In this document: positions 1-10,983 of the stretch, one piece after another
How positions within the stretch are numbered: position 1 is the stretch's first letter
Layout: each line of letters begins with the position of its first letter
NCBI GenBank assembly: GCA_965237955.1
Contig: OZ250169.1
Span: 7,552,001 to 7,616,000 of the forward strand
Source of the DNA: Candidatus Marinacidobacterales bacterium
Lineage (GTDB): Bacteria; Acidobacteriota; Vicinamibacteria; Marinacidobacterales; SMYC01
Length of the DNA: 64,000 nt
Reading direction: 5' to 3'
Program-made: the position numbers and the translations under genes
The notes under the pieces: generated by a model
What the model was told of the DNA's origin: nothing
The model's input: only the letters and a program-made list of their open reading frames with translations
Databases searched by the model: none

Positions 1-62
1 ATGACAAAGAGGAGCTCGAGAAGGGACTCGAGCGGTGTTCAGAGCTCCTCGAAGGCATTTAA
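1..62 (+). CDS. 3' end of a gene entering the window (...DKEELEKGLERCSELLEGI*), product unknown
   Basis: Open frame from nt 3 to TAA at 60-62 with typical codon usage; too short to assign. Confidence 0.4.
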   Translation, partial: DKEELEKGLERCSELLEGI

Positions 63-82
63 GAAACTGCTCCACGGGTGCG

Positions 83-213
83 GCCATCAGCCATCGGCCA
101 TCAGCAGGGCGGAGTTGTGCTGATACCTAGCAGTTGAAAGCAACTCAGAGCTTGAGTCGGAGCTCGAAGCAACTAGCCGAGCTGAGGCCTGCTGACGGCC
201 GATGGCCGACGGC
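83..213. repeat. Palindromic element with 26-bp arms built from GCCRTCR heptamers, between convergent genes
   Basis: gccatcagccatcggccatcagcagg (83-108) pairs with cctgctgacggccgatggccgacggc (188-213), 3 mismatches. Confidence 0.85.
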
Positions 214-219
214 AACAGC

Positions 220-1506
220 TCATGTACGTTCACGCATTGGTACAAAATCACGCTCGTCTTCACCTATATACAACTGCTGCGGACGGGCGATCTTCTGCTC
301 GGGGTCGCTCAGCATCTCCTCCCACTGCGCGATCCAGCCGGACGTGCGGGGGATGGCGAAGAGCACCGGGAATACGCTCACCGGAAAGCCCATCGCCTCG
401 TAGATGATTCCGGAGTAGAAATCGACGTTGGGGTACAGCCGACGCTTGACGAAGTAGTCTTCTTGTAGCGCGATGCGCTCGAGCTCGACGGCGATGTCGA
501 TGAGAGGGTTTTTGCCCGTCACCTCGAAGACCTCGTGCGCCGTCGTCTTGACGATCTTCGCGCGCGGGTCGTAACTCTTGTAGACGCGGTGACCGAAACC
601 CATGAGGCGGACCTCGCCGTTTTGTACGCGCTTGATGAAATTACCAACTTTGTCCTTCGAGCCGATCTCGGCAAGCATGCGCAGTACGGCCTCGTTCGCA
701 CCTCCGTGAAGTGGGCCGTAGAGCGCAGACGCTGCGGCCGCCGTCGCTGAATAGGGGTCCGCTTCGGAGCTTCCCACGCTCCTCATCGCGTTTGCCGAGC
801 AGTTTTGCTCGTGATCGGCATGAAGGATGAACAGCACCTCGAGCGCCTTCTCCAGAACCGGGTCCGGTGTGAAGTTGTTCGTCATGCAGAACATCATCTT
901 CAGGAAGTTCCCGGTATAGGACAGATCGTTGTCGGGGTAGGTGAAGCGCATGCCGATCGTGTGTCGGTAGGCGAACGCGGCGAGGGTCGGCACTTTGGCA
1001 ATGAGACGATGGGTTTGAAGCGCCCTCGAATCGGCGTCACGAATGTTCTTCGCGTCCGGATAGAACGTGGATAGCGCCGCGACCATGCTCACGAACATCC
1101 CCATCGGATGCGCGTCGTAGCGAAAGCCCTCGACAACCCTCTTGATGTACTCGTGGATGATGGTGTGGTTGGTAATGTCGTGCTCGAACGCGTCGTACTG
1201 ACTCTTCGTGGGAAGCTCGCCGTTGAGAAGCAAGTAAGCGACCTCGAGGTAGTTCGACTGTTCGGCAAGCTGTTCGATCGGATAGCCACGGTACCTCAGG
1301 ATTCCCTTCTCACCGTCGATGTAAGTGATCCTGCTCTTGCAGGACGCGGTGTTCTTGAATGCAGGGTCGTAGCTCTTGAGCCCGTCGTCGTCGTCGTCGA
1401 CGCGGATCTGGCGCAGATCCGCCGCACGGATAGCGCCATCTTCGACGGGAATTTCGTAGGTCTTGCCCGTACGATTGTCGGTAATGTTGAGCGAATCGCG
1501 GCCCAT
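220..1506 (-). CDS. gltA: Citrate synthase (type II)
   Basis: 428 aa; LHADHEQN, GPLHGGANE, MGFGHRVY, YPNVDFYSG motifs; AGGAGG RBS; TAGAAT -10 near 1553-1558. Confidence 0.97.
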   Translation of the reverse strand: MGRDSLNITDNRTGKTYEIPVEDGAIRAADLRQIRVDDDDDGLKSYDPAFKNTASCKSRITYIDGEKGILRYRGYPIEQLAEQSNYLEVAYLLLNGELPTKSQYDAFEHDITNHTIIHEYIKRVVEGFRYDAHPMGMFVSMVAALSTFYPDAKNIRDADSRALQTHRLIAKVPTLAAFAYRHTIGMRFTYPDNDLSYTGNFLKMMFCMTNNFTPDPVLEKALEVLFILHADHEQNCSANAMRSVGSSEADPYSATAAAASALYGPLHGGANEAVLRMLAEIGSKDKVGNFIKRVQNGEVRLMGFGHRVYKSYDPRAKIVKTTAHEVFEVTGKNPLIDIAVELERIALQEDYFVKRRLYPNVDFYSGIIYEAMGFPVSVFPVLFAIPRTSGWIAQWEEMLSDPEQKIARPQQLYIGEDERDFVPMRERT

Positions 1507-1594
1507 AAAGCTCTTTCCTCCTGTGTCGAGCGCGGACGAAGCCGAACTTAATATTCTACCTTTTCTCGAGCCCGCGATGGTAATAACAGCTAAG

Positions 1595-1714
1595 GATCAC
1601 GCGTTCTCCCGGGAGTACCACGACGCGACCCGATCGCGCGCGAAGGGTTTCTAGAGTGGCTCGACCGCTACGTGCTCTCGGTCGCGGACCATGAGGACTA
1701 TCTCGAGCGCGTCA
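1595..1714 (+). pseudogene. Remnant resembling the C-terminus of a CoA-transferase subunit A (GctA/PcaI-like)
   Basis: Removing a 2-bp GC slip at about 1637 gives DHAFSREYHDATRSREGFLEWLDRYVLSVADHEDYLERV; no start or RBS. Confidence 0.45.
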
Positions 1715-2317
1715 ACCCTCGAGCACGGTCCCGAGCGCGGACTTGATCGCCTGAAGACGCCGCTCGAAGTCGTCGTCGTCCACCGCCGGCGTCAGCTCGG
1801 TGAGCTCGACATCCCAGGGCAGCGGCACGAACTGACCACCGCCTTCCCTATCCGTGACGTCCGCGACATCGTTGAATTTGTAGGTCCGCCGCAAGTGGTA
1901 GACGCGCAGCACGAGGGCGACGAGGCCAGGATCGCCGCTTTCGTAGCGGCGCACCGCCTCGACGCGCGTGAGTGCCTGCTCGTGCTCGATGCGGCCGAAG
2001 ACTGAAGCGGACTGCAGGGGAATGGCGGCCACCACTTCGGCGAAGTCCCGAATCCTGGTATGGCCGGCCATCGGCGGTTTGAGCTCGTGCCGCCAGCTCA
2101 TCCATACGTCCGGTCGGATGGCTTCGGGGTCTTGTCCGGAATAGGACGGGAAAATGATGAATTCTTTGTGGTTCGAATCCCACGCTTTGTGAAGGACGAT
2201 GAGGCTCGCGCCCTCGTGCAAGTCGCGTGCGATGACGGACCACGTCTTCACCGCGAGCTGATCCGAAACATACGATTTCGCCGTCTCCGTCTCCGAAGTC
2301 TCTGTATTCTCTGCCAC
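1712..2317 (-). CDS. DUF1802-like protein (divergent)
   Basis: 201 aa; AVKTWSVI..L..G..LI.L.K and F.IFP.Y..Q resemble DUF1802; GGGAG RBS. Confidence 0.6.
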   Translation of the reverse strand: MAENTETSETETAKSYVSDQLAVKTWSVIARDLHEGASLIVLHKAWDSNHKEFIIFPSYSGQDPEAIRPDVWMSWRHELKPPMAGHTRIRDFAEVVAAIPLQSASVFGRIEHEQALTRVEAVRRYESGDPGLVALVLRVYHLRRTYKFNDVADVTDREGGGQFVPLPWDVELTELTPAVDDDDFERRLQAIKSALGTVLEG

Positions 2318-2360
2318 TCTATCTAAATCTCCCTAACCGTTAGAATATAGTAAGGCTAAC

Positions 2361-3089
2361 ATGACGCACTCCGAACTTGCAGGCAAAGTGGCTCTGGTGA
2401 CCGGCTCGACTCGAGGCATCGGGTGCGCGATCGCGGAATCCCTCGCTGCTGCCGGCGCCACCGTCGCCGTCTCGGCGCGTCGGGAAAAAGACGTTTCCGA
2501 GACCGTGGCGGCGATGACACAAAACGGCTGGGACGTTCTCGGCTCCGCGTGCGACGTCAGACGCTACGACGAAGTCACTGCTCTCATGGCCTATGTTGCC
2601 GATGAAGCTTCGGGGCTCGACATTCTCGTCAACAACGCCGGCGTCGGGATTTTCGGTTCCATCGCCGAGCTTTCGCCGGAAAGCTGGGATCAAGTCATCG
2701 GGACGAACCTCACCGGAGTCTTCTACTGCTCGCACGCCGCTCTGCCCTATCTCAAAAAGCGGGGCGGCGGGGCGATCATCAATATCAGCAGCCTCGCGGG
2801 CAAGAACGCGTTCAAAGGCGGCGCGGCCTACAACGCTTCCAAATTCGGGCTCGAGGGGCTGAGCGAGGCGATGATGCTCGACTTGCGTTACCAGAACATC
2901 AAAGTCGCCTACGTCATGCCGGGAAGCGTCGCTACCGAGTTCGCCGGCCGAGGCTCGGGCGACGGCGACGACTGGCGCCTCAGCTCGGAAGACGTCGCCG
3001 AGGTGGTCATGGGAATTCTCGCACAGGACCATCGGGCGCTTGCGAGCAGGGTCGAGCTACGCCCGTTTCAGCCGCCGCAAAAAAAGTAG
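2361..3089 (+). CDS. SDR family oxidoreductase
   Basis: TGSTRGIG, NNAG and YNASK motifs. Confidence 0.95.
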   Translation: MTHSELAGKVALVTGSTRGIGCAIAESLAAAGATVAVSARREKDVSETVAAMTQNGWDVLGSACDVRRYDEVTALMAYVADEASGLDILVNNAGVGIFGSIAELSPESWDQVIGTNLTGVFYCSHAALPYLKKRGGGAIINISSLAGKNAFKGGAAYNASKFGLEGLSEAMMLDLRYQNIKVAYVMPGSVATEFAGRGSGDGDDWRLSSEDVAEVVMGILAQDHRALASRVELRPFQPPQKK

Positions 3090-4469
3090 AACCCGGCTCA
3101 CCGCAAACGCGAACAAGATCGCGAGGAACGGCTCGAGCTCCCACCGCATGCGATCGTTCTCGCCGATCTCGATGAGATTGGTCACCGCGCTGACCCAAAC
3201 GATGCAAACGAGCATGAAGACAAACGGACCTCGCGGCCGACCTCGAGCTCCGACGACGAGCAGTACCGGAAACAGCACGAGCCAGAGGTTCGGGGGCGGC
3301 GCCAGCATCCGGATGGGTCGCTCGACGTTGCCGCCGAGAAACACGTACTGCGTCCACGCGTCGCGGTAGCCATGCACTCTTTCGAAGTCGTAGTCGACGA
3401 GAACGTGCACCGAGTTCGGCCCCGGCTGGAGAAACAGCATGATCGACGTGACCACGCGGCGCGCGTATCGCCCGGGATAGCTCATGATCAGGCCGGTGTC
3501 CGCCTCGAGGAGCGCATCCGAGATCGCGACGTAGTCACGATGGTTGAAGTTCGGCTCTCCGTTCGACTTGTACGGGGCGTCGAGCGTGGGATGTTCGCTC
3601 GTTCCGTTCTCGAAAAAGCCGAACCGCTGATAGTAATCCGGCTCTTGAAACGGGCGTCGCTGCCAGAACTCGGGAAGCTTTCCCTGGGATTTGAGCTCGG
3701 CGACTTCTCGTTGCGAGAGCGGCCACCTTTTGGTCAAGCTCAGGCCGAGCCAGGTGCTGCCCGAATAGCTACCGACGAGGACGTAGTTCTTCAGAAACAG
3801 AAGATTCGTCATCAACAGCGGTATGGCACACGCGATCAGGAATCGCTTGCGCTCGAGCCGCTTATGGACGAACGGCGCGAGCGCGGCAGCGGCGACGACG
3901 AGCCATAGCAGGTGGAACACGGAGCGCGTCATCATGATCGCGAGGACGAGGCCCGAGAACGTGACCAGAGCGGCGCGAGAGCTCTTTTCCAAATACACGG
4001 TAAGCGCCACGGCGGACGACACGAGCAGGAACGCCACCGGCAGCGTGTAGAACAACCAGTGGCGATAGACCGGAAACCCCGGCGACAGCGCAAACAGCAA
4101 ACACACCGCGCCGCTCACGCCATCCGGAATCTGAAACCGCCGCATGAGCCACGCCATCCCCAAGAGCATCCCGAGCGCCATGGCGCCGTAGAGCGCCGAG
4201 AACACAGCGCTGTAGGATTCGGGGAACATCTTCACCACGACACCGAGAAATAAATTGAACAGAGGCGGCTGCGCATGGAGATAGTAGAGCCCTCGAGCCA
4301 GGTCTTCCCGCAGCACCGTGGGGTCGAGGTATTGGTACAGTGTGCCGAGGGTCTCCGCTGCGAAGCGAACGCCGAGGTAGCGCGCGAGGACCTCACTCGA
4401 GACGAAGACCGCGACGACCCAAATATAGATGGAGACTCGGCGAAGCATGAGCCAGCGCGAGAATAGCAC
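3057..4469 (-). CDS. Multi-pass membrane protein, GT-C-like
   Basis: About 470 aa with many TM segments, HAQPPLFN loop and a periplasmic insert; start uncertain (ATG at 4448 possible). Confidence 0.65.
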   Translation of the reverse strand: MLFSRWLMLRRVSIYIWVVAVFVSSEVLARYLGVRFAAETLGTLYQYLDPTVLREDLARGLYYLHAQPPLFNLFLGVVVKMFPESYSAVFSALYGAMALGMLLGMAWLMRRFQIPDGVSGAVCLLFALSPGFPVYRHWLFYTLPVAFLLVSSAVALTVYLEKSSRAALVTFSGLVLAIMMTRSVFHLLWLVVAAAALAPFVHKRLERKRFLIACAIPLLMTNLLFLKNYVLVGSYSGSTWLGLSLTKRWPLSQREVAELKSQGKLPEFWQRRPFQEPDYYQRFGFFENGTSEHPTLDAPYKSNGEPNFNHRDYVAISDALLEADTGLIMSYPGRYARRVVTSIMLFLQPGPNSVHVLVDYDFERVHGYRDAWTQYVFLGGNVERPIRMLAPPPNLWLVLFPVLLVVGARGRPRGPFVFMLVCIVWVSAVTNLIEIGENDRMRWELEPFLAILFAFAVSRVLLFLRRLKRA

Positions 4470-4496
4470 GACCGACCACTCGGTTTCCCCGTCGGC

Positions 4497-4514
4497 TATA
4501 ATCGCGATCAGGAG
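4497..4514 (+). promoter_or_regulatory. -10 box TATAAT and AGGAG RBS of fdhD
   Basis: TATAAT 4497-4502; AGGAG 4510-4514, 6 nt before an in-frame ATT. Confidence 0.65.
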
Positions 4515-4520
4515 ATTCTC

Positions 4521-5327
4521 ATTAACGTCACAACGAAAGTCGATCGCATCGAGGCAGGTTCACGACAAACCCGGGACGACCAGGTCGCGGTAGAAGAGCC
4601 GCTCGAGATCCGTCTCGACGGCAAGAGCGTGGCTGTCGTGATGCGAAGCCCGGGAAACGACGAAGAGCTGGCGGCCGGATTCCTCTACACGGAAGCGATC
4701 ATCAAGAGCGCCGACGAGCTCGAATCGGTAACGCACCGGCACGACCCCAAAAATCAGGATCTCGCGAATGTGGTCGATGCGGTGACGTACGAAGGCATCG
4801 ATCTGAAGAAGCGAGGCTGGCAGCGCAACTTCCTTTCCGCATCGAGCTGCGGTTTGTGCGGCAAGCTGACGATCGAGTCCGTTCGCCTCCAAGTCCCGTC
4901 CGTCCGCGACGACAAGCTGAGCGTGACGCCCGCGCTCCTGCGCACGCTACCCGACAAGATGCGGGCCGAGCAGACAGGCTTCGACAAGACCGGCGGCATC
5001 CACGCGGCCGGACTCTTCGACCGAGAGGGAAACCTCCTCCTTGTCCGAGAGGACATCGGCCGCCACAACGCCGTGGACAAAATAATAGGTGCGGCGTTTC
5101 TCGCCGGCGACGTGCCTTTGCGCGGACACGTTCTCATGGTGAGCGGGCGCACGAGCTTCGAGATCGTGCAGAAGGCTCTCATGGCGCGCATCCCGCTCGT
5201 CGCTGCCGTCTCGGCTGCCTCGAGCCTCGCGGTCGAGCTCGCGGATTCCTGCAGCATGGGCCTCGTCGGCTTTCTCCGCGACGACTCTTTGAACGTGTAC
5301 GCCGGCAGCGACCGGATAAAGGACTAA
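4521..5327 (+). CDS. fdhD: Formate dehydrogenase accessory sulfurtransferase FdhD (probable ATT start)
   Basis: VAVEEPLEIRL...MRSPG.DEELAAGFL, SSCGLCG, EDIGRHNAVDK, SGRTSFEIVQK; conserved N-terminus lies upstream of the called GTG 4629. Confidence 0.93.
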   Translation: MNVTTKVDRIEAGSRQTRDDQVAVEEPLEIRLDGKSVAVVMRSPGNDEELAAGFLYTEAIIKSADELESVTHRHDPKNQDLANVVDAVTYEGIDLKKRGWQRNFLSASSCGLCGKLTIESVRLQVPSVRDDKLSVTPALLRTLPDKMRAEQTGFDKTGGIHAAGLFDREGNLLLVREDIGRHNAVDKIIGAAFLAGDVPLRGHVLMVSGRTSFEIVQKALMARIPLVAAVSAASSLAVELADSCSMGLVGFLRDDSLNVYAGSDRIKD

Positions 5328-5342
5328 CTCCAAACCGTTCTG

Positions 5343-6340
5343 ATGCGATCGCGTGTGCTCGACACCACCCCCGTCTTTCTGGCTTTCCTCGTCGTCGCAA
5401 CCTCTTCCGGGTGTCGCACCTCGGACGAGACTCCTCCAAGCACAGGCGAGTCTGCGCGCCGGGCACTCGAAGCGCTTCCCTACGCGTCGTGGACGGATGT
5501 TGCCGAGGGCAGCGCCTCGGGCGTGGTGGTTCACGATGTCAATCGAGCAAGCGCCGGGTTGAATCTCTACGTGTCTCTCGCGAGAACGAGCGCCGTTTTG
5601 ATGGATATGAACGGCACCGTCGTTCATCGTTGGTCGCGCGACAGCGGACGAGAGTGGGGTCACGTCGAGCTCTTGCCCAATCGAGAGCTCCTCGTGCTCA
5701 ACGAGGATCCGCGAAAGCTCATGCGGCTCAACTGGGAATCCTCCTTGATCTGGGAGACCCACGAGCAGGTGCACCACGATCTCGACATCTCCGCGGGCGG
5801 CGACATCTACGTGCTCACCGCGAGCAATGAACGACTTGATCTGGGAGGCGGACCGCTTCCGATCCGCGATCACGCGATTGCGATCCTCGGGCCGGATGGA
5901 AATGTAAAGAGACGTGTTCCCTTCTCGCGGCTCCTTCGTGACAAACTCGATCCCCACGCTCTCCGGGAGTTCGTCGCGACCGGTGAGAAGGTGGGAGAAC
6001 GCTATCGCCTGATGGGGGAGTTCGTCGACTTGTTCCACACGAACACGCTCGCCATCATCCCGCGCACATTCAGCGACACGTTTCAAGAAGGCTTCGTCCT
6101 CGTTTCCGCCCGCAACCTCAATCTGATCGGCGTGATCGATCTCGAGCGTGAGACGCTCGTCTGGTCGTGGGGAGAGGGTGAGCTCGATTGGCCCCACCAA
6201 CCGACTCTTCTCGAGAGCGGCAACCTGCTGATTTTCGACAACGGGTTTCATCGCGGCTACTCGAGGATCATCGAGGTCGATCCGTCGAGCGGCTCCATCG
6301 TCTGGGAGTTCAAGGGTAGTCCGCCGAAGTCGTTTCACTC
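5343..6340 (+). pseudogene. Arylsulfotransferase (ASST)-family lipoprotein, 3'-truncated
   Basis: Lipobox-like SSGC; HHD, FHTNT, WPHQP, LIFDNG, SRIIEVDP, IVWEF; protein-like sequence stops at PKSFHS where it meets an oppositely oriented gene. Confidence 0.8.
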
Positions 6341-8296
6341 GTCAGCTCCGTCGCCGCATCAAAATCGCCGTCGTCCAGGATCGGCGATGTCGAGTAGCGC
6401 ACGTCGTAGAACAAAGGCACGCCGAAGCCGGGCTCATCACCCGGAGAGGTAAAGCTCAACGTCAACGAGCCGGCCGGGGATGTATCCCATACTTCGATCT
6501 CGGAGATATGGACTTTGATGTTCCCGGCATTGTTCGTGCGTGCCTTGGTAACCAACACCCTCACATAGCGACCGGGGCTGTCCGGGATATCGAGCGTGTG
6601 CCACATCGACTTGGTGTCGGGTAGGCCCGTGAACGTGGCAACCGTGACGAATCCGGACATTGCGCTGTTGCTGACTTGGATCTCGACGTCCTCCGGGAAA
6701 AAAGTGGTCTGGTCGGGCGAGCGCAACCGCAGTTGGGCGATAGCTCGAACGGCGAGAGTATCGACGGTGATGTACTCGTCCTGAGGCGGGCGAGCGGGCG
6801 TGCCGAAGTAAGTCGACTCGATCCCGTCCGTCGCCATTTCCTTGCTCTTCGTGGCGCTCGCCTCTCCTGACGCGTCGATAGCGGGCGCCGGGACGAGGCT
6901 CAGCGTCGGCATGCCCGCCGTCGCAGTCAAGTCCAGGACCTGACCCGGCGCGGTCACATCGGGGGTTACGATCATCACGTCGCCGTTGGTGTGCATCGGC
7001 GACACGTTCATGGCTGCATCGACGGCTTTGATCGCGAAGTAGTACGTCGTGCTGTCGTCGAGCCCAGTGACGATGTGCATTTGTGGCATGCCTGGATCCG
7101 CCGGCGTGGGAGGCGCAGGGAACACTGGCAACGCCATGTCGAAATTCCCGGGCGTGATCGGCGACGTCGAGTAGCGCATGTCGTAACTCGACGGCCTGCC
7201 AAGAGGTCCGACGTCTGCGCGCGCAGTCCAGAGGAAGTCCGCAGTCGTTCCCGTGAAACTCGTAATCGCGAAGTCGTCGATCGGCTCGGGAGCAACCCCG
7301 GCCGTCAAGGCATCAGCGATGTTCGAGAGCAGCGACTCGTTAAGAACCTCGTCGGTCGTCGTCATCGCAAAGTAGATCATGATCTCGTCGGGAAGCCCGG
7401 TGACCGTGGCCATCTCGTCGGATCCACCGGCAAGCGGCGCGGGCAGGGCAAAGGGAAATACGTCGGGCGAATCCCAAGTGCCGGCGGTAATGGGCATCTC
7501 CGACCACCTGAGGTCGTAGCTCGTGGCCTGGCCAAACGGCCCGTTATCGCCGGGCGCGGTCCAAAGGAGATTGACTTCACCCAGAACGATCGGCGACTCG
7601 CAGACGTCGATCTCGGCGATCTGGACTTTGATTTTTCCGTTGGAGTTCGTCCGCGCCTTCGTGACTAGCACTTTGACATACCGCCCCATGGTGGGCGGTA
7701 TATCGAGCTCGTGCAAAGCGCCGTCGGCATCGGACAGACCCACGAAGGTCGCAGCCGTGACGAAATCCGACGTGGGGTTGTTGCTGACTTGAATCTCCAC
7801 GTCCTCGGGGAAGAAGCTCCCGTTCCCGCTGCGAGCAAGAAGCTTCACTTGCACGATGTTGTGCACATCGACGGTGTCGACGGTGATGTGCTCGTCCCGG
7901 GGGGCGACGGCGGGCGTGCCCCAATAGGTCCCGGGGTCATCATCGGTCGCTTTTTCCTTGGCCTTGCCGGTCGTGGCCTCCGCCGACGCATCACTCGCGC
8001 TCGCAGCCACCTCAACTGGCGTGCCAGCGGGCGCCTCCCTCAAATCGGTGATCGGATCGGGGAAATCGAAATCGCCGGTGGTGACCATCGGCTCCGCGGG
8101 CGAGATATCCGTCGGCGATGCATTGCCGACTTCGTCCAAGACTTTGATACCGAAATAGACCGTGGTCTCCGCAGGGAGACCGGTCGCGGTGAAATTCTCG
8201 ACGGTGCCGACGTTACCTGGAGTGGGAACCGGGCCGGCACCGCTCACCGGCATTGCCAGATGAAAGTTCCCGTCGTCGATGGGGAACGTCGCATAC
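6340..8296 (-). pseudogene. Internal fragment of a large secreted protein with fibronectin-III repeats and two discoidin/F5-8-type domains
   Basis: Repeats of L.WTAPGD...SYDLR.S..PIT; two copies of FFPEDVEIQVSN...GRYV.VLVTKARTN; 5' end replaced by IS3, 3' end fused to ASST. Confidence 0.8.
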
Positions 8297-8346
8297 TGAA
8301 CCGCTCCAGGTTTTCCGGAGACTCCAACTCTTGAGAGGATGGAGTC

Positions 8347-9521
<1,175 letters not shown>

Positions 9522-9551
9522 AACAGTCTCCGGAAAACCCGGAGCGGTTCA

Positions 9552-10897
9552 CAACCGTTTTGCTTCTGACGACCTGGCTTCTCTCCGCTGGCATCTTCGC
9601 CGGCGGTTGCCGGGAGGTCTCAAAGCCCAACATCATCTTCATCTCGATTGACTGTCTGAACCAGCGACAGTTCGAGACGGCTCTCGCCGAGGGCTACGCG
9701 CGCGGGCTCGGTGCTCTCAAAGACGACTCCATCGCATTCTCACGCGCCTATGCCCACGCTCCGTGGACGACTCCGTCTCACATGAGCATGCTCACTGGGC
9801 TCTATCCTTCCCAGCACGGTCGGAATGTCCCCTACGGTCTGATGATCCAGTGGAACGACTACTACCCCAGGGTGCCGTCTTTCGAAACACTCGCGGGACG
9901 TCTCGGGCGCGAGGGGTACGAGACCGCGGCATTCGTTGGCCAGGGCAGCATTTCAGCGGTGTACGGCCCCGACCAGGGATACGAGATCTTCGAAGAGCAC
10001 CGCAAGGCGCACCGCAAGTGGACCGACTTGGTTTTCGTGTTCGACCGAACCATGGCCTGGCTCGCGAATCGGAGCGATCGGCCGTTTTTCCTCTTCTTTC
10101 ACACTTACGATCTGCACGGTCCGCGGCCCACTGGATTGCCGTCTGACCGGGAGACGATCCACTACATCGACCAATACTTGTCGCGGCTCATCGTAGAGCT
10201 GAAGTCGCAGGGCTTGTACGGCTCCTCTCTGATCATCCTGACGGGCGACCACGGGTCCAACATGATCGAGGTCGAGGACAAGTGCTGCGTGCACGAAGCC
10301 GGTCACTATGAGGAGAACCTCAAGGTACCTCTTCTGCTGAAGCTTCCCAACGCGACCGGGGGACGCGATGAGAGCTTCGTGGCGCGACACGTGGACTTGT
10401 TCCCGACCATTTTGGAGGTGGCCGGTCTGTCCGCCGACTCTTATGACGGACCGGGCAGGTCGCTTCTCGAAGATCGGGACGTGGACGCCGACAGCGTCTT
10501 TTCGTTCTCCGAGGCCGACGGCCGGTGCGCCATGCGTCGAGCGCTCGTCACCGAACGCTACAAATACATCTACACGGTCCGTGACGAAACACAGGCGCTG
10601 CTGCGGCAAAACGATCGCTTCTATGATGACACCTGCCCGAACGCCTGCGGTGATGTCCCCATCGAGGAGCTCTACGACCTCCACAAAGACCCTTTCGAGA
10701 AGCACAACCTTCTCGAGGGCCGGCTCAACGAACAACGCTCGGCCCGTCTCGAAGAGTTGCGCATCGAGATGGCAAGACACCTCAACCTGCGCCCACACTA
10801 CTCGACAACCGTCGTCACGGGGCCTAGAGAAGGGCTCGATGATGCGGACACACGGGAGCTGCTCGAAAGCCTCCGAACTCTCGGTTACATCCAATAA
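9552..10897 (+). pseudogene. Sulfatase-like (alkaline phosphatase superfamily) lipoprotein, start codon lost to IS3
   Basis: AGGC lipobox, PNIIFISIDCL, WTTPSHMSMLTG, TGDHG, C-terminal LRTLGYIQ. Confidence 0.85.
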
Positions 10898-10983
10898 AGC
10901 AGGTCGTCCGGCGGCGCCGCGCCCATCGGCATCTCACCGATCTCGCCTTCGCCAGCGGCCGACCGCGTTAGAATATGCCGACC

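Noticed and set aside
4947-6338. Long antisense ORFs (also 41498-42853, 21011-21934, 13363-14127 and similar)
   Set aside because: Shadows of real genes in GC-rich DNA, with no motifs or RBS
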